A stretch of 24,124 nucleotides of DNA from a virus (IMGVR_UViG_3300042569_001383:1-24124), one strand, 5' to 3'; positions 1 through 8,253 are shown, counted from the stretch's first letter. Made by a program: numbers and translations. Notes: generated from the letters alone by a model not told the origin.

Positions 1-327
1 CCAAGCATCGCACGCAACATCATATATTTCTTTTAATGCTGATTTTTTAATTGTGATGTTTTTCATTGTGTCTTGTTTTAAAAGGAGTTTTTTAAATTGT
101 TCAACTATTGTGTCTTGTTTTAAAATGTATTTTTTAAATTGTTCAACGGTTATTTCAGCATATCCGGATTGTACTTCACCATATAAACATGCACCATCAA
201 TTGGAGGATAATGAAATATATTATTAGTGGTACCGGTGTAATGACTTGTACCGTTCTCATTAAAGTACTTGGTAACTTCTGGACTTAATCCGTCTTTAAT
301 ACACCATTTTTCTGTTAAATGTTCCAT
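1..327 (-). CDS. Hypothetical phage protein, 3'-truncated by window edge (MEHLTEKWCIK...KEIYDVACDAW); paralog of 340..1254
   Basis: Hand-translated open frame from ATG at 327 to the window edge, 109 codons, no stop; shares motifs with the C-terminal half of 340..1254. Confidence 0.8.
   Translation of the reverse strand, partial: MEHLTEKWCIKDGLSPEVTKYFNENGTSHYTGTTNNIFHYPPIDGACLYGEVQSGYAEITVEQFKKYILKQDTIVEQFKKLLLKQDTMKNITIKKSALKEIYDVACDAW
65..147. repeat. In-frame tandem duplication, 42-bp period (two 41-bp copies, 37/41 identical)
   Basis: attgtgtcttgttttaaaa[ggag/tgta]ttttttaaattgttcaac at 65-105 and 107-147; encodes VEQFKKxxLKQDT twice. Confidence 0.9.
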
Positions 328-339
328 GACCTTTATTTT

Positions 340-1254
340 TTATTTACGAGTTGGTACCAAACATATTAAGCCTTCACGGTCTTTTGCAATTTCCCAATTG
401 AATTTGCTATTCAAGTAAAATGCTTTGTCGCGATATTCACCTCGGCTTCTCACTGCAATCAATGCGTTGTCTTCATGGCCGTTTCTTCTATACATTCCCA
501 ATCCGTCAACCTCATCATTGCTTAAATCAACTGCGTTCGTTGGTTCTCCGAATACACCAACCAATGTGCGACGTTGTGATTCCGTTGCTGCTGCAAACAT
601 TTCGTCAACTTCTGTTTGAGTTAATTCAATTAATTCTCCAAATGGATTACGCAATGTTAATTCCGCAATTTTGCTTTTCCATGTTGAACAAGCCACGTTG
701 TGGATTTGTTCTAATTCTGATTTTTTTACTGTTTTCTTTACTGTGATGTTTGTCATTGGTTGTGATTTATTAGGCTTTTCTTTTAATACATGTTCTTGGA
801 ATTCGGCAAATGTTATTTGCGTGTAATTGTCGTTATGTATTCTACTCATAAGACAATGGTTGGTTGGTTCATATGCTGGGAAGTGCCAATAATAATCTTG
901 TTCGCAACCTGGTTCGTATTTTCGTTCTCCATTTGCATTGAACCACGTTAATACTGCAGCGCTTTCCGTTTCGTTGGTTGGACGAATCACCCAATGTGTT
1001 GGTAATGTTTTTGGTTCGATGATATCAAAAAATTCATCCAATGTCAGCACCGTAACTGGGTTGGAAAAATTAGCAGGATTCGATTCATACATGGACATGT
1101 AATCGGCAGATCCACCGTAACCATACCATGGATATGTTTGCGAAGTTCCATCTAAACTAACTCCAAAACGGCCATTCAAATAAGCAATGTATTGTTTCCA
1201 TCTAGGATCTTTTTTCTTGCGTTTAATTGCAAAATACTCTGGTAATTTCTTCAT
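340..1254 (-). CDS. Hypothetical modular phage protein (304 aa) with two related internal modules
   Basis: ORF track; LPEYFAIK...LTLDEF and LPTHWVIR...ITFAEF modules; promoter upstream. Confidence 0.8.
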   Translation of the reverse strand: MKKLPEYFAIKRKKKDPRWKQYIAYLNGRFGVSLDGTSQTYPWYGYGGSADYMSMYESNPANFSNPVTVLTLDEFFDIIEPKTLPTHWVIRPTNETESAAVLTWFNANGERKYEPGCEQDYYWHFPAYEPTNHCLMSRIHNDNYTQITFAEFQEHVLKEKPNKSQPMTNITVKKTVKKSELEQIHNVACSTWKSKIAELTLRNPFGELIELTQTEVDEMFAAATESQRRTLVGVFGEPTNAVDLSNDEVDGLGMYRRNGHEDNALIAVRSRGEYRDKAFYLNSKFNWEIAKDREGLICLVPTRK

Positions 1255-1269
1255 CTTATTTTTTTTAAT

Positions 1270-1298
1270 ATTATATGAAATTCACAATTAAAATCCAA
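1270..1298 (-). promoter_or_regulatory. Promoter TTGGAT-N17-TATAAT
   Basis: One of 12 copies with exact 17-nt spacing. Confidence 0.8.
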
Positions 1299-1303
1299 CC
1301 GTT

Positions 1304-1447
1304 TTATCCGATAAGTTCCGATAATTCTTGTTGCAATAAATTTACTTTGCGTTGCGCACTATCTCGGGTACTTTGTGAATATCCGGCATTGTTTGCTATG
1401 TTGGCATACGCCTCAATTAATTCTAAGATTTCTTCTGGTGTCGTCAT
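1304..1447 (-). CDS. Small hypothetical protein (47 aa, MTTPEEILELIEAY...)
   Basis: Hand-translated; fills the gap between co-oriented genes. Confidence 0.6.
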   Translation of the reverse strand: MTTPEEILELIEAYANIANNAGYSQSTRDSAQRKVNLLQQELSELIG

Positions 1448-1462
1448 GGTATCTGTATTATG

Positions 1463-1861
1463 TTATTTACCAAATAAATGTTTTTCAGCATTAGCCAAGT
1501 AGCTTTGTATGTTTCGTTTACCGACTGGGTTTGCTGAATGTACCCAGCAAGTTGGCAAATCAACACCGTTATCCAAACAATAATCTACCAACCATTTTGC
1601 ACAATCCAATCCGGTTTCTTCTACACCTAATTGATCTGCGGTATGAGACTCCCAATCTGCGAAATCAACTTCATAATGTATGTCAGCTAAATCGTGGTCA
1701 AAGCTAACCAGATCCGGTACTCCATTGCGACGGATCCATGAACAAAATTCAACATAGTTTTTCACAATGTGCCAATCTGGTTCCCAATATTCTCTAGGAT
1801 TCAACACAATGTAACATGCATCGCGTGGTTGTCGGATATCGTCTAGGAATAGTTTTTTCAT
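1463..1861 (-). CDS. Cyclic-phosphate processing receiver-domain protein
   Basis: LFLDDIR, SFDHDL, TGLDCAKWL and HSANPVG motifs; start reassigned to MKKLFLDD at 1861. Confidence 0.75.
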   Translation of the reverse strand: MKKLFLDDIRQPRDACYIVLNPREYWEPDWHIVKNYVEFCSWIRRNGVPDLVSFDHDLADIHYEVDFADWESHTADQLGVEETGLDCAKWLVDYCLDNGVDLPTCWVHSANPVGKRNIQSYLANAEKHLFGK

Positions 1862-1862
1862 C

Positions 1863-2546
1863 TTATTTCTTTTTAAATTGTTCAAACCATTCAGTAGGTA
1901 TAGGTCTCCCATTAATATCATCTTCCATTCTTAATACCCATTGAGCTAAATCATATTGATATTTGCTAAATAAATTCTTAACTTCTTCCTCACTATACAT
2001 TTTTTCAGCTTGCCATTTAGCACCTTCAATAAAACACTCTCTTGATGCGTCACATATATCAATACCATTTATAACATAAACTCCTTCGACGTATCTTTTT
2101 TCAGCAGCTTCTTCTAATGTTTCTTGTTTAGGTTCTTCTTGTGGAATGATGATTTCATATCCAACAAATGGGTCTACAGTAAAATCAGAATATCTTTTCT
2201 TAACCTCAACACTCTCACAACTTGGATTTTTAACAAACCATTCAAGGAATTTATCATCAATAGCTTGAACACCATTTGCAATTAAGTCTTGGTCTGTTGT
2301 TAGGATGATTTTTTCCCAATACCTATTTGCATATTCCAATGAATATTCAGGTAAATCTGATGGTTTAAAAATTTCTACACCATTTGTTACCCAACAATTC
2401 CTATTTTTAATTTCTTCATCAGAAGTAATATAAACATTATGATAGCTCTTAGGTTCAATTAGTTGACCTTTTTCCAAATGAAAATTTTCTGCTATGTAAA
2501 ATATTTTACTTGGTTTTTCCGTTTGTATTAAATGTATGTTTCGCAT
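1863..2546 (-). CDS. Hypothetical phage protein (227 aa; QETLEEAAE...EQFKKK type)
   Basis: ORF track; stop-G-ATG coupling at both ends. Confidence 0.8.
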   Translation of the reverse strand: MRNIHLIQTEKPSKIFYIAENFHLEKGQLIEPKSYHNVYITSDEEIKNRNCWVTNGVEIFKPSDLPEYSLEYANRYWEKIILTTDQDLIANGVQAIDDKFLEWFVKNPSCESVEVKKRYSDFTVDPFVGYEIIIPQEEPKQETLEEAAEKRYVEGVYVINGIDICDASRECFIEGAKWQAEKMYSEEEVKNLFSKYQYDLAQWVLRMEDDINGRPIPTEWFEQFKKK

Positions 2547-2547
2547 C

Positions 2548-2622
2548 TTATTTTAATTTGTTTAGTTTATACATGTATACTAAGAAACTTATAAAAACTA
2601 TTGTTATGCATATATCTGGCAT
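2548..2622 (-). CDS. Putative 24-aa membrane peptide (MPDICITIVFISFLVYMYKLNKLK)
   Basis: Hand-translated; TAA-G-ATG coupled on both sides; hydrophobic core. Confidence 0.5.
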   Translation of the reverse strand: MPDICITIVFISFLVYMYKLNKLK

Positions 2623-2665
2623 CTTATTTCTTTTTAAATTGTATATTTTTCATCTCTTTTTTTAT

Positions 2666-2694
2666 ATTATAAGAAAATAAAATCAATAATCCAA
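2666..2694 (-). promoter_or_regulatory. Promoter TTGGAT-N17-TATAAT
   Basis: Repeated promoter motif. Confidence 0.8.
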
Positions 2695-2705
2695 CCGTTT
2701 GCTAA

Positions 2706-3077
2706 CTAGAATTCCGAGTCAAACTCCGCGTCTAAAGCATCATCAAGTTCTTTGTTGAGTTTATCCCATTTAGTCGTTGGATCTGTTTGTTCGATAATCC
2801 AACAATGTTCTAATTCATACGCATTGCCATTTGCCGTTACTAGTTTCCATTCCGTACGTCGTGCTACGTATCGATCCGGACCGACAGTTGGTTGTGGAGC
2901 ATCGGTAGTGCCCTTTTTCTTATCACGCAACCAACATAACAATTCGGTTACATCGTTGTCAAACATGATGGTTTCGGCTGACCTAACATCAACACATGTA
3001 CAACGCAATTTGCCTCCGTACTTGTTGCTTACGTATATAAAATCTTTGCCAATGTAATCTTCTGGGTTAATCATCAT
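2706..3077 (-). CDS. Hypothetical protein (123 aa)
   Basis: ORF track; overlaps stop of upstream gene. Confidence 0.7.
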   Translation of the reverse strand: MMINPEDYIGKDFIYVSNKYGGKLRCTCVDVRSAETIMFDNDVTELLCWLRDKKKGTTDAPQPTVGPDRYVARRTEWKLVTANGNAYELEHCWIIEQTDPTTKWDKLNKELDDALDAEFDSEF

Positions 3078-3412
3078 TTTATAGGTGTTACTGTTACATG
3101 TGCTTTGCCTTGCGAATGTGGAGCAATGTGTCCAAAAGCAGCATAGCTTAAATCTATTCGGTTAGGTGACTTTACACCCATTCGGTCCGTTACACGTACG
3201 GTGCAACACGCTGAGGTCGTGACATTTCGTATCTCTAATCTGGTTCCTAATGCAACATGATTGTAAGCGGCTGTCAATGAATCTCGATGCATCCTTGTAC
3301 CCGAAGCGGTGCGACTGCCGTGCATATCATACCAAGTAGCCACACAAGGCGTAGCAGGTGCAGACAATATGGCAGTCGCAATGTATAATAATAATGCTAT
3401 CATTTTACCCAT
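3074..3412 (-). CDS. rlpA: RlpA-like double-psi beta-barrel protein (septal-ring lytic transglycosylase family) with signal peptide
   Basis: ATWY...RTASG...AAY...LGTRLEIRN...VRVTDR...RIDLSYAAF pattern; hydrophobic N-terminus. Confidence 0.8.
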   Translation of the reverse strand: MGKMIALLLYIATAILSAPATPCVATWYDMHGSRTASGTRMHRDSLTAAYNHVALGTRLEIRNVTTSACCTVRVTDRMGVKSPNRIDLSYAAFGHIAPHSQGKAHVTVTPIK

Positions 3413-3579
3413 GAATTAATTAATAATAATATCGTGCACACTACATACACAAAAGCAGTTTGCTTCAAGATGATTGCCCAAACTTTTCCGGTGCGATCCT
3501 TGGAGGTATCGTTTGCTATGAGTATGAATATGCTACTAGGCAATCCAGCAATCAAAGCTAATATAATCATTGTTGTCAT
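3400..3579 (-). CDS. Small membrane protein (59 aa, two hydrophobic segments)
   Basis: Hand-translated MTTMIILALIAGLPSSIFILIA...FVYVVCTILLLINSWVK. Confidence 0.6.
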   Translation of the reverse strand: MTTMIILALIAGLPSSIFILIANDTSKDRTGKVWAIILKQTAFVYVVCTILLLINSWVK

Positions 3580-3583
3580 GTTG

Positions 3584-3784
3584 TTATTTTTTTGTGAACC
3601 AACGATTCAAAGTGGTCGCTACAGGTTCTGATTGTTTTTTTGTTTTTGTTTTCTTTGTGACAGTTGCAGGCTTTGGTTTCATGAACTGGTCCTCTGCAGT
3701 TACAGTTCCTTCCAATACTTTCCGATATGGAACAATATTGCGTTTTTCGTTGTCGAAATTCAAATTTGGTCTTATTGCTGTCAT
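3584..3784 (-). CDS. Hypothetical basic protein (66 aa)
   Basis: ORF track; in co-oriented gene run. Confidence 0.6.
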   Translation of the reverse strand: MTAIRPNLNFDNEKRNIVPYRKVLEGTVTAEDQFMKPKPATVTKKTKTKKQSEPVATTLNRWFTKK

Positions 3785-4281
3785 ATTCCTAATTCTATTA
3801 ATGTTTTTGGTTTGTATTCAACTCGTTCACAGGAAACACATATGTATCGTTCGTCTGGTATTTCAGTGTCACGATGTGGACGCATTACTTGTTTGTCATG
3901 TATATGGCCATGAATGTTTCGTGGAAATCTGTATTCTAATTCGGATGGATGTATCGGACAATGTGTCAATATGACTCCTTTGTATTGCACCATTCCGGCA
4001 ACACTCGCAACATGTTCAAGTAATTTTGCAACATCTTGTCGGCGGTCATGATTGCCTAACACAACGTGTTTGATTCCGTTGAGTTGATCCAATAACGCAT
4101 ATGGTGCTGACTTCTCCATGGTTACATCACCTAAGATATAAGTCACATCGCGTTTGTCTACAACACTATTCCATTGTGCAATGATGTGTGCATCATGTTC
4201 CGCAATAGTTGCGAAGCCACGTCGGATTGCCATGTTAGCATGCGATAAATGTAAATCGGCTATGAATCTTACTATGCTCAT
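3781..4281 (-). CDS. Calcineurin-like metallophosphoesterase
   Basis: DLHLSH, GD, GNHD, THCP and HGHIH motifs; start reassigned to MSIVRF at 4281, just below the promoter. Confidence 0.9.
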   Translation of the reverse strand: MSIVRFIADLHLSHANMAIRRGFATIAEHDAHIIAQWNSVVDKRDVTYILGDVTMEKSAPYALLDQLNGIKHVVLGNHDRRQDVAKLLEHVASVAGMVQYKGVILTHCPIHPSELEYRFPRNIHGHIHDKQVMRPHRDTEIPDERYICVSCERVEYKPKTLIELGI

Positions 4282-4293
4282 TTTTTTTATTAT

Positions 4294-4322
4294 ATTATAA
4301 GAAAAATACCGTAAGGATCCAA
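4294..4322 (-). promoter_or_regulatory. Promoter TTGGAT-N17-TATAAT
   Basis: Repeated promoter motif. Confidence 0.8.
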
Positions 4323-4387
4323 GCAATCCACAAACTTTTTTTAGTGCAAGAGACGTAGTAGTATCAAGTAATATGTAGGATAGTATG

Positions 4388-4936
4388 CTATGAAGTAATC
4401 TTTCTAAGTATTAAACAACCATCCTCATCAAGTTTTGGGAGTCCAGTATTTGTTGTGTATTCGGGGTCACCAGTATGTAAACAAAGTATCTCAACCTCAA
4501 TTTCTGTTGGTTGTTGGATTAATTTTTCAAACTCTTGCTCATTTTTTTCCAGCATATAAGTGTCAGCTGCCCCATTGTGTCCTAATTCAAAAGCTTTTTG
4601 CATATCCTCCAAAGTAAACAACTTATCTTTATTTAACTCCATTGCTTTGTTGAAACCATTAATAAATGGTTGTTTAAAAATTGTATGAAGAGATGTTGTT
4701 GAATTTAAACCTAAATTAAATGTAGGGTATTCTTTTTCAGCCAACTTCTCAACATCAACTACTCCAAATATCTTATCACAGTTTTCTTTGGATAGTTTAT
4801 ACTGAGGTTTAACTGAAGCCACCCTTCTACACCATTCATAGTCTGTAGACCCAATAGCAAATCCTTCTTCATTATTTAAAAAATAATGACCATTGTGATA
4901 ACTGTCAGAATCAGTTTTAATTAATTTTGCTTTCAT
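4388..4936 (-). CDS. Hypothetical phage protein (182 aa; MKAKLIK...LDEDGCLILR type)
   Basis: ORF track. Confidence 0.75.
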   Translation of the reverse strand: MKAKLIKTDSDSYHNGHYFLNNEEGFAIGSTDYEWCRRVASVKPQYKLSKENCDKIFGVVDVEKLAEKEYPTFNLGLNSTTSLHTIFKQPFINGFNKAMELNKDKLFTLEDMQKAFELGHNGAADTYMLEKNEQEFEKLIQQPTEIEVEILCLHTGDPEYTTNTGLPKLDEDGCLILRKITS

Positions 4937-5547
4937 AATTTCTTTTTTTGTTCTAAACTGTTTGGATAATACAATAGAGTTGGATTTTTCTTTTGGATAT
5001 CAATGTCCGGATATTGTTCACTGAATGTCTTAACATCAAACTTGGCAGTTATTAAGTGATAACCATTTCGAGTTGGTATCACGGCTTCAACTTTTTCACC
5101 CGCGGGTCTAAGCCAGTTTATAAATTGTGATACTTCGGTTACAGCGTGCCAATCGGTGCAATCAATATCAACGATCCAACGTTTTTCTTGTGTCTTGATT
5201 TGACCAACAACGCTATCAAATAGAGATTGCTGTTCCAAGTTGCCGTCCTGGATCCTTTGAGCCAATGCAACCATCATGTTAAGTGATACATCGCGATGAT
5301 TTTGTTTCTGCACATGAATGTAAGCACGTGCTTTGAACATTTCACACATCATCACAATTTCTTCCCAACGTTTGTCTAATTGTTCGGTTGACTTGATGCA
5401 ATAGGTACGAATGGTTCTTACGGATTGATGATTGTCTCGTTCACCAACGGGTTGATCCTTTTTGCGTTTCAATACATACAACATGTAAAAGTCACCTGGC
5501 TCTGAAAAATTCAATAACGATTTGATTTGTTCTTTGTTGTCAATCAT
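4933..5547 (-). CDS. Conserved-looking phage protein with AEP/primase-polymerase-like motifs
   Basis: WIVDID (DxD) and PTRNGYHL (TxxGxH); function is inference only. Confidence 0.45.
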   Translation of the reverse strand: MIDNKEQIKSLLNFSEPGDFYMLYVLKRKKDQPVGERDNHQSVRTIRTYCIKSTEQLDKRWEEIVMMCEMFKARAYIHVQKQNHRDVSLNMMVALAQRIQDGNLEQQSLFDSVVGQIKTQEKRWIVDIDCTDWHAVTEVSQFINWLRPAGEKVEAVIPTRNGYHLITAKFDVKTFSEQYPDIDIQKKNPTLLYYPNSLEQKKKL

Positions 5548-5548
5548 C

Positions 5549-6091
5549 TTAATCTTGAAATAAAGTTTCTAAATAGTTATACATTGGTGCTAATTCATGT
5601 TCAACACCTTCAACAAAACCTAAACTCTTTACAAAATGTGCATTTTCTTTTTGATACATTCTGAACATTCTAGAACCACTCATTTTTGAGTATTGAACAT
5701 TGGCAATACGATCTGCCATCTTAACAAATACAGCACCCGGAGTGTTTCTAATTCCTTCGTAATATTTGTCATTAGCACGTTCCGCACGAGTTTTTCCTTT
5801 CTCGTTGGATACTGCATAAATAATATCTGCAGCTACGATACCCAATACAGCCTTAACATCGTTGTATGAAACTCTTGTATCTTCAATAAGATCATGTCCG
5901 AAAGCTGCAATTCTTATTGCATTGCGAAAATGACAATCATCCTCTGTATTCCAAGGAAAAATATCCATGAACCGGTCCGCAACATTTGCAACCATCCTCA
6001 AATGAAATTCATATGGCAAATACGTATCATACATATGATTTGTATTGCGATGTTGATTAATGATCCACTGTTGTTGGTCAAATACGTTCAT
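5549..6091 (-). CDS. HD-domain hydrolase, stand-alone SpoT/Mesh1-like (small alarmone hydrolase-like)
   Basis: PYEFHL...GHDLIEDT...VKMADRIAN matches the HDxxED and K-x-ADR-x-xN signature. Confidence 0.8.
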   Translation of the reverse strand: MNVFDQQQWIINQHRNTNHMYDTYLPYEFHLRMVANVADRFMDIFPWNTEDDCHFRNAIRIAAFGHDLIEDTRVSYNDVKAVLGIVAADIIYAVSNEKGKTRAERANDKYYEGIRNTPGAVFVKMADRIANVQYSKMSGSRMFRMYQKENAHFVKSLGFVEGVEHELAPMYNYLETLFQD

Positions 6092-6116
6092 GCTTCTTAT
6101 TTTTAATTACATTTAT

Positions 6117-6145
6117 ATTATAAGAAATTTGCATCACGATTCCAA
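6117..6145 (-). promoter_or_regulatory. Promoter TTGGAA-N17-TATAAT
   Basis: Repeated promoter motif. Confidence 0.8.
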
Positions 6146-6148
6146 CCG

Positions 6149-6760
6149 TTAATTCCACCATCTGTCAATATTTTCTGACATTAACTTGAACAGCAATGCA
6201 TGACATCTATTTCGATTTTCATATGCAATCTCCATGGCAATGTAATGTTTGTCTTCCAAATTAACTGATTTGCGTTTAAAACGATTCAATTCGCCTGACA
6301 TGACTTTTTTGTATTGTCTAGGATATTTAGCAAAGTATTCATCATATCGGTCCGATAAGGTTTCAGATTTCCATTCCGAATAATCTGGTTTATCTTCTAC
6401 AGGCTCGAACCAATGTCTTGTAGTTTCATAATCCATGTATTCACAATCATAAAAGTCTTCTTGATGCAAACGAATTAACCTAACTACAAGACGCATTCGT
6501 TCTGCATCTCGCTTTGCTTCTGTGTGCAAATCAGTATCGCCAATATATTTAGCTTGAAATTCCAACTTCTTTGCTAGAATCTCGTAAATATAATATTGAT
6601 CCCAGTCACGGTCTTTCCATATGACAGGAAACCATCGCCAAAGATTTTTTACACCTTTGGCAAAGTGTTTGTGCATATAGCGACCATCTCGGTACCACCA
6701 TGTACTAATTTTGTTAAACATTGTCCGATGCCGTTTTAATCGATTCAACACGTTCCGCAA
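6149..6760 (-). CDS. Hypothetical phage protein (true start may be MFNKIST at 6721)
   Basis: ORF track; WRWFPVIWKDRDWD motif. Confidence 0.75.
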   Translation of the reverse strand: MRNVLNRLKRHRTMFNKISTWWYRDGRYMHKHFAKGVKNLWRWFPVIWKDRDWDQYYIYEILAKKLEFQAKYIGDTDLHTEAKRDAERMRLVVRLIRLHQEDFYDCEYMDYETTRHWFEPVEDKPDYSEWKSETLSDRYDEYFAKYPRQYKKVMSGELNRFKRKSVNLEDKHYIAMEIAYENRNRCHALLFKLMSENIDRWWN

Positions 6761-6977
6761 TCATACGGCGTTGTGCTGCACTTCTTGTGGATTCTTTTGC
6801 TAACACTAATTCATATTCAGCCATTAATTGTTCTTGTGGCATTTGTGCGATTACGCGTTGCGATGGTGGCATAAAATCCGTTGCATCGAATTGATTTGCC
6901 ATTTGTCGAACCAATGCTTCCATTTGTTCGTCGTAGGTGCCAACTTCACCTAATTTGTTGATGATGTCTTCTGTCAT
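6714..6977 (-). CDS. Hypothetical protein (87 aa)
   Basis: ORF track; A-rich start context. Confidence 0.7.
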   Translation of the reverse strand: MTEDIINKLGEVGTYDEQMEALVRQMANQFDATDFMPPSQRVIAQMPQEQLMAEYELVLAKESTRSAAQRRMIAERVESIKTASDNV

Positions 6978-7005
6978 GTTATTTATTTTTGGTTTTGATT
7001 ATTAA

Positions 7006-7233
7006 TTATCTTTCAAGTATTACAAAGGTACCAAATGCCTTGTCGAACACTTCAAGTAAATGTTCATAATCGCCTGACATCATGTCGTTGATTAATTCAT
7101 GGTATTGGTCTTTATCCCACCCCAATTGCTTTGCAAAGCGTTTTGCATAACCCATAAGTGCAAATGCATTGCCATCCGGACCAGTTAAATCAATTACTAC
7201 AGGTCCATTTTCTTGTTGTTTTTCTCTAATCAT
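7006..7233 (-). CDS. Hypothetical phage protein (75 aa; IDLTGPDGNAFALMG motif)
   Basis: Start reassigned to MIREKQQ at 7233 (TAA-G-ATG coupling with upstream gene). Confidence 0.75.
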   Translation of the reverse strand: MIREKQQENGPVVIDLTGPDGNAFALMGYAKRFAKQLGWDKDQYHELINDMMSGDYEHLLEVFDKAFGTFVILER

Positions 7234-7234
7234 C

Positions 7235-7570
7235 TTATTTTGATTTACGTTTAGATTTACTACAACCTGATGATGCAAAATCATCCAAATCAACACCACA
7301 CGGACATGTACTTGACTCGCTATCGAATTGACAATTTTTAAGTGCAGCTTTTTTAGATTCGATCCACACATGTACTTCGGATTTCATAGGAGTTGCATTG
7401 ACGATATCTTTGCTTTGTACTCGTGCTGGCAATATGTCAACGGTACCATCCGGATGCACAGTTTTTGCTACGCGGATTCTTGGAGTAGGTTCTACTGGAG
7501 TTTTGCATAACATTCCGACACGGCGCAATGCTAATAAAAATGATGTGGTGATGTTTCTTTTTCTTTTCAT
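7235..7570 (-). CDS. Hypothetical protein (111 aa, Cys cluster near C-terminus)
   Basis: ORF track; promoter just upstream. Confidence 0.65.
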   Translation of the reverse strand: MKRKRNITTSFLLALRRVGMLCKTPVEPTPRIRVAKTVHPDGTVDILPARVQSKDIVNATPMKSEVHVWIESKKAALKNCQFDSESSTCPCGVDLDDFASSGCSKSKRKSK

Positions 7571-7583
7571 CTCTTTTTTTTAT

Positions 7584-7612
7584 ATTATATGAAATGTTCT
7601 GAATAAAACCAA
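7584..7612 (-). promoter_or_regulatory. Promoter TTGGTT-N17-TATAAT
   Basis: Repeated promoter motif. Confidence 0.75.
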
Positions 7613-7632
7613 CCAATACGGAAGAAACTTTG

Positions 7633-7998
7633 TTATCCTTTAATTAATTTTTTTGTGTTTTGTTCTGCTTCTTTGACTACAAAATATGTGTCAATGAGTT
7701 TATCAATACGAGAATCTATGTATCTTTTAGACACCTTAACTTCTTCGTGTATCTGATTTGCAAGTGTGCGTTCCACCATTGTGATGTCGCGTCCCGTTGC
7801 TTCAAATTGTTGCCAAGTATCAGCATGTTCAGATTGCATATCGCGGATAATCGAATCCGTATTCTGTGTTAGTTGTGTGGATAATTCCTGAACTTGTTTG
7901 TTTAATTTTGATATCATAAGCAAACCTACAACTACCGCAACTATGAATATAATTGCTATAACCGTAAGTACACCTATAACAAATGATGTAATTTCCAT
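7633..7998 (-). CDS. Membrane-anchored coiled-coil hypothetical protein
   Basis: N-terminal TM segment; GGAGG upstream of ATG. Confidence 0.75.
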   Translation of the reverse strand: MEITSFVIGVLTVIAIIFIVAVVVGLLMISKLNKQVQELSTQLTQNTDSIIRDMQSEHADTWQQFEATGRDITMVERTLANQIHEEVKVSKRYIDSRIDKLIDTYFVVKEAEQNTKKLIKG

Positions 7999-8010
7999 GT
8001 TTTTCCTCCG

Positions 8011-8025
8011 TATGTCAAAGAACTC
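8011..8025 (-). promoter_or_regulatory. BoxA-like element GAGTTCTTTGACATA
   Basis: 14/15 identical to 17220-17234; resembles rrn boxA antitermination sequences. Confidence 0.4.
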
Positions 8026-8038
8026 CGTATGAGTTGGT

Positions 8039-8128
8039 TTAGATGATACTTAATAGTAGTAGTATTGCATCCAGTATTATTGCGACATATAATGGCCATG
8101 GCCACATTTTAATCAGCCATCGTTTCAT
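8039..8128 (-). CDS. Putative 29-aa membrane peptide (MKRWLIKMWPWPLYVAIILDAILLLLSII)
   Basis: Hand-translated; ATGA overlap with upstream ORF. Confidence 0.55.
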   Translation of the reverse strand: MKRWLIKMWPWPLYVAIILDAILLLLSII

Positions 8129-8253
8129 CTAGATGCTATGTCATTTTGTGTTGTTTGAGTTGCACCATACGCATCACAATGTTGTGATGATTTACAACTT
8201 AACATTATTAAGCATACAACTAGTATGCAAATTGCGATAATTAATTTTTTCAT
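8125..8253 (-). CDS. Putative small lipoprotein (42 aa; LSC lipobox, CDAYG)
   Basis: MKKLIIAICILVVCLIMLSCKSSQHCDAYG...; ATGA overlap with HAD gene stop. Confidence 0.7.
   Translation of the reverse strand: MKKLIIAICILVVCLIMLSCKSSQHCDAYGATQTTQNDIASR

Larger units (their letters stand above)
1859..2642. repeat. 23-bp perfect direct repeat pair (1859-1881 and 2620-2642)
   Basis: catcttatttctttttaaattgt at both sites; minus strand reads ...QFKKK-stop-G-ATG. Confidence 0.9.

Noticed and set aside
65-147. Possible CRISPR or regulatory repeat
   Set aside because: Only two adjacent copies with no spacer, in frame within a CDS; it is a coding duplication.
8172-8229. Perfect hairpins catcacaa/ttgtgatg and gcatac/gtatgc as ncRNA or terminator
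   Set aside because: They lie inside the 42-aa lipoprotein ORF, which explains the sequence; no U-tract.
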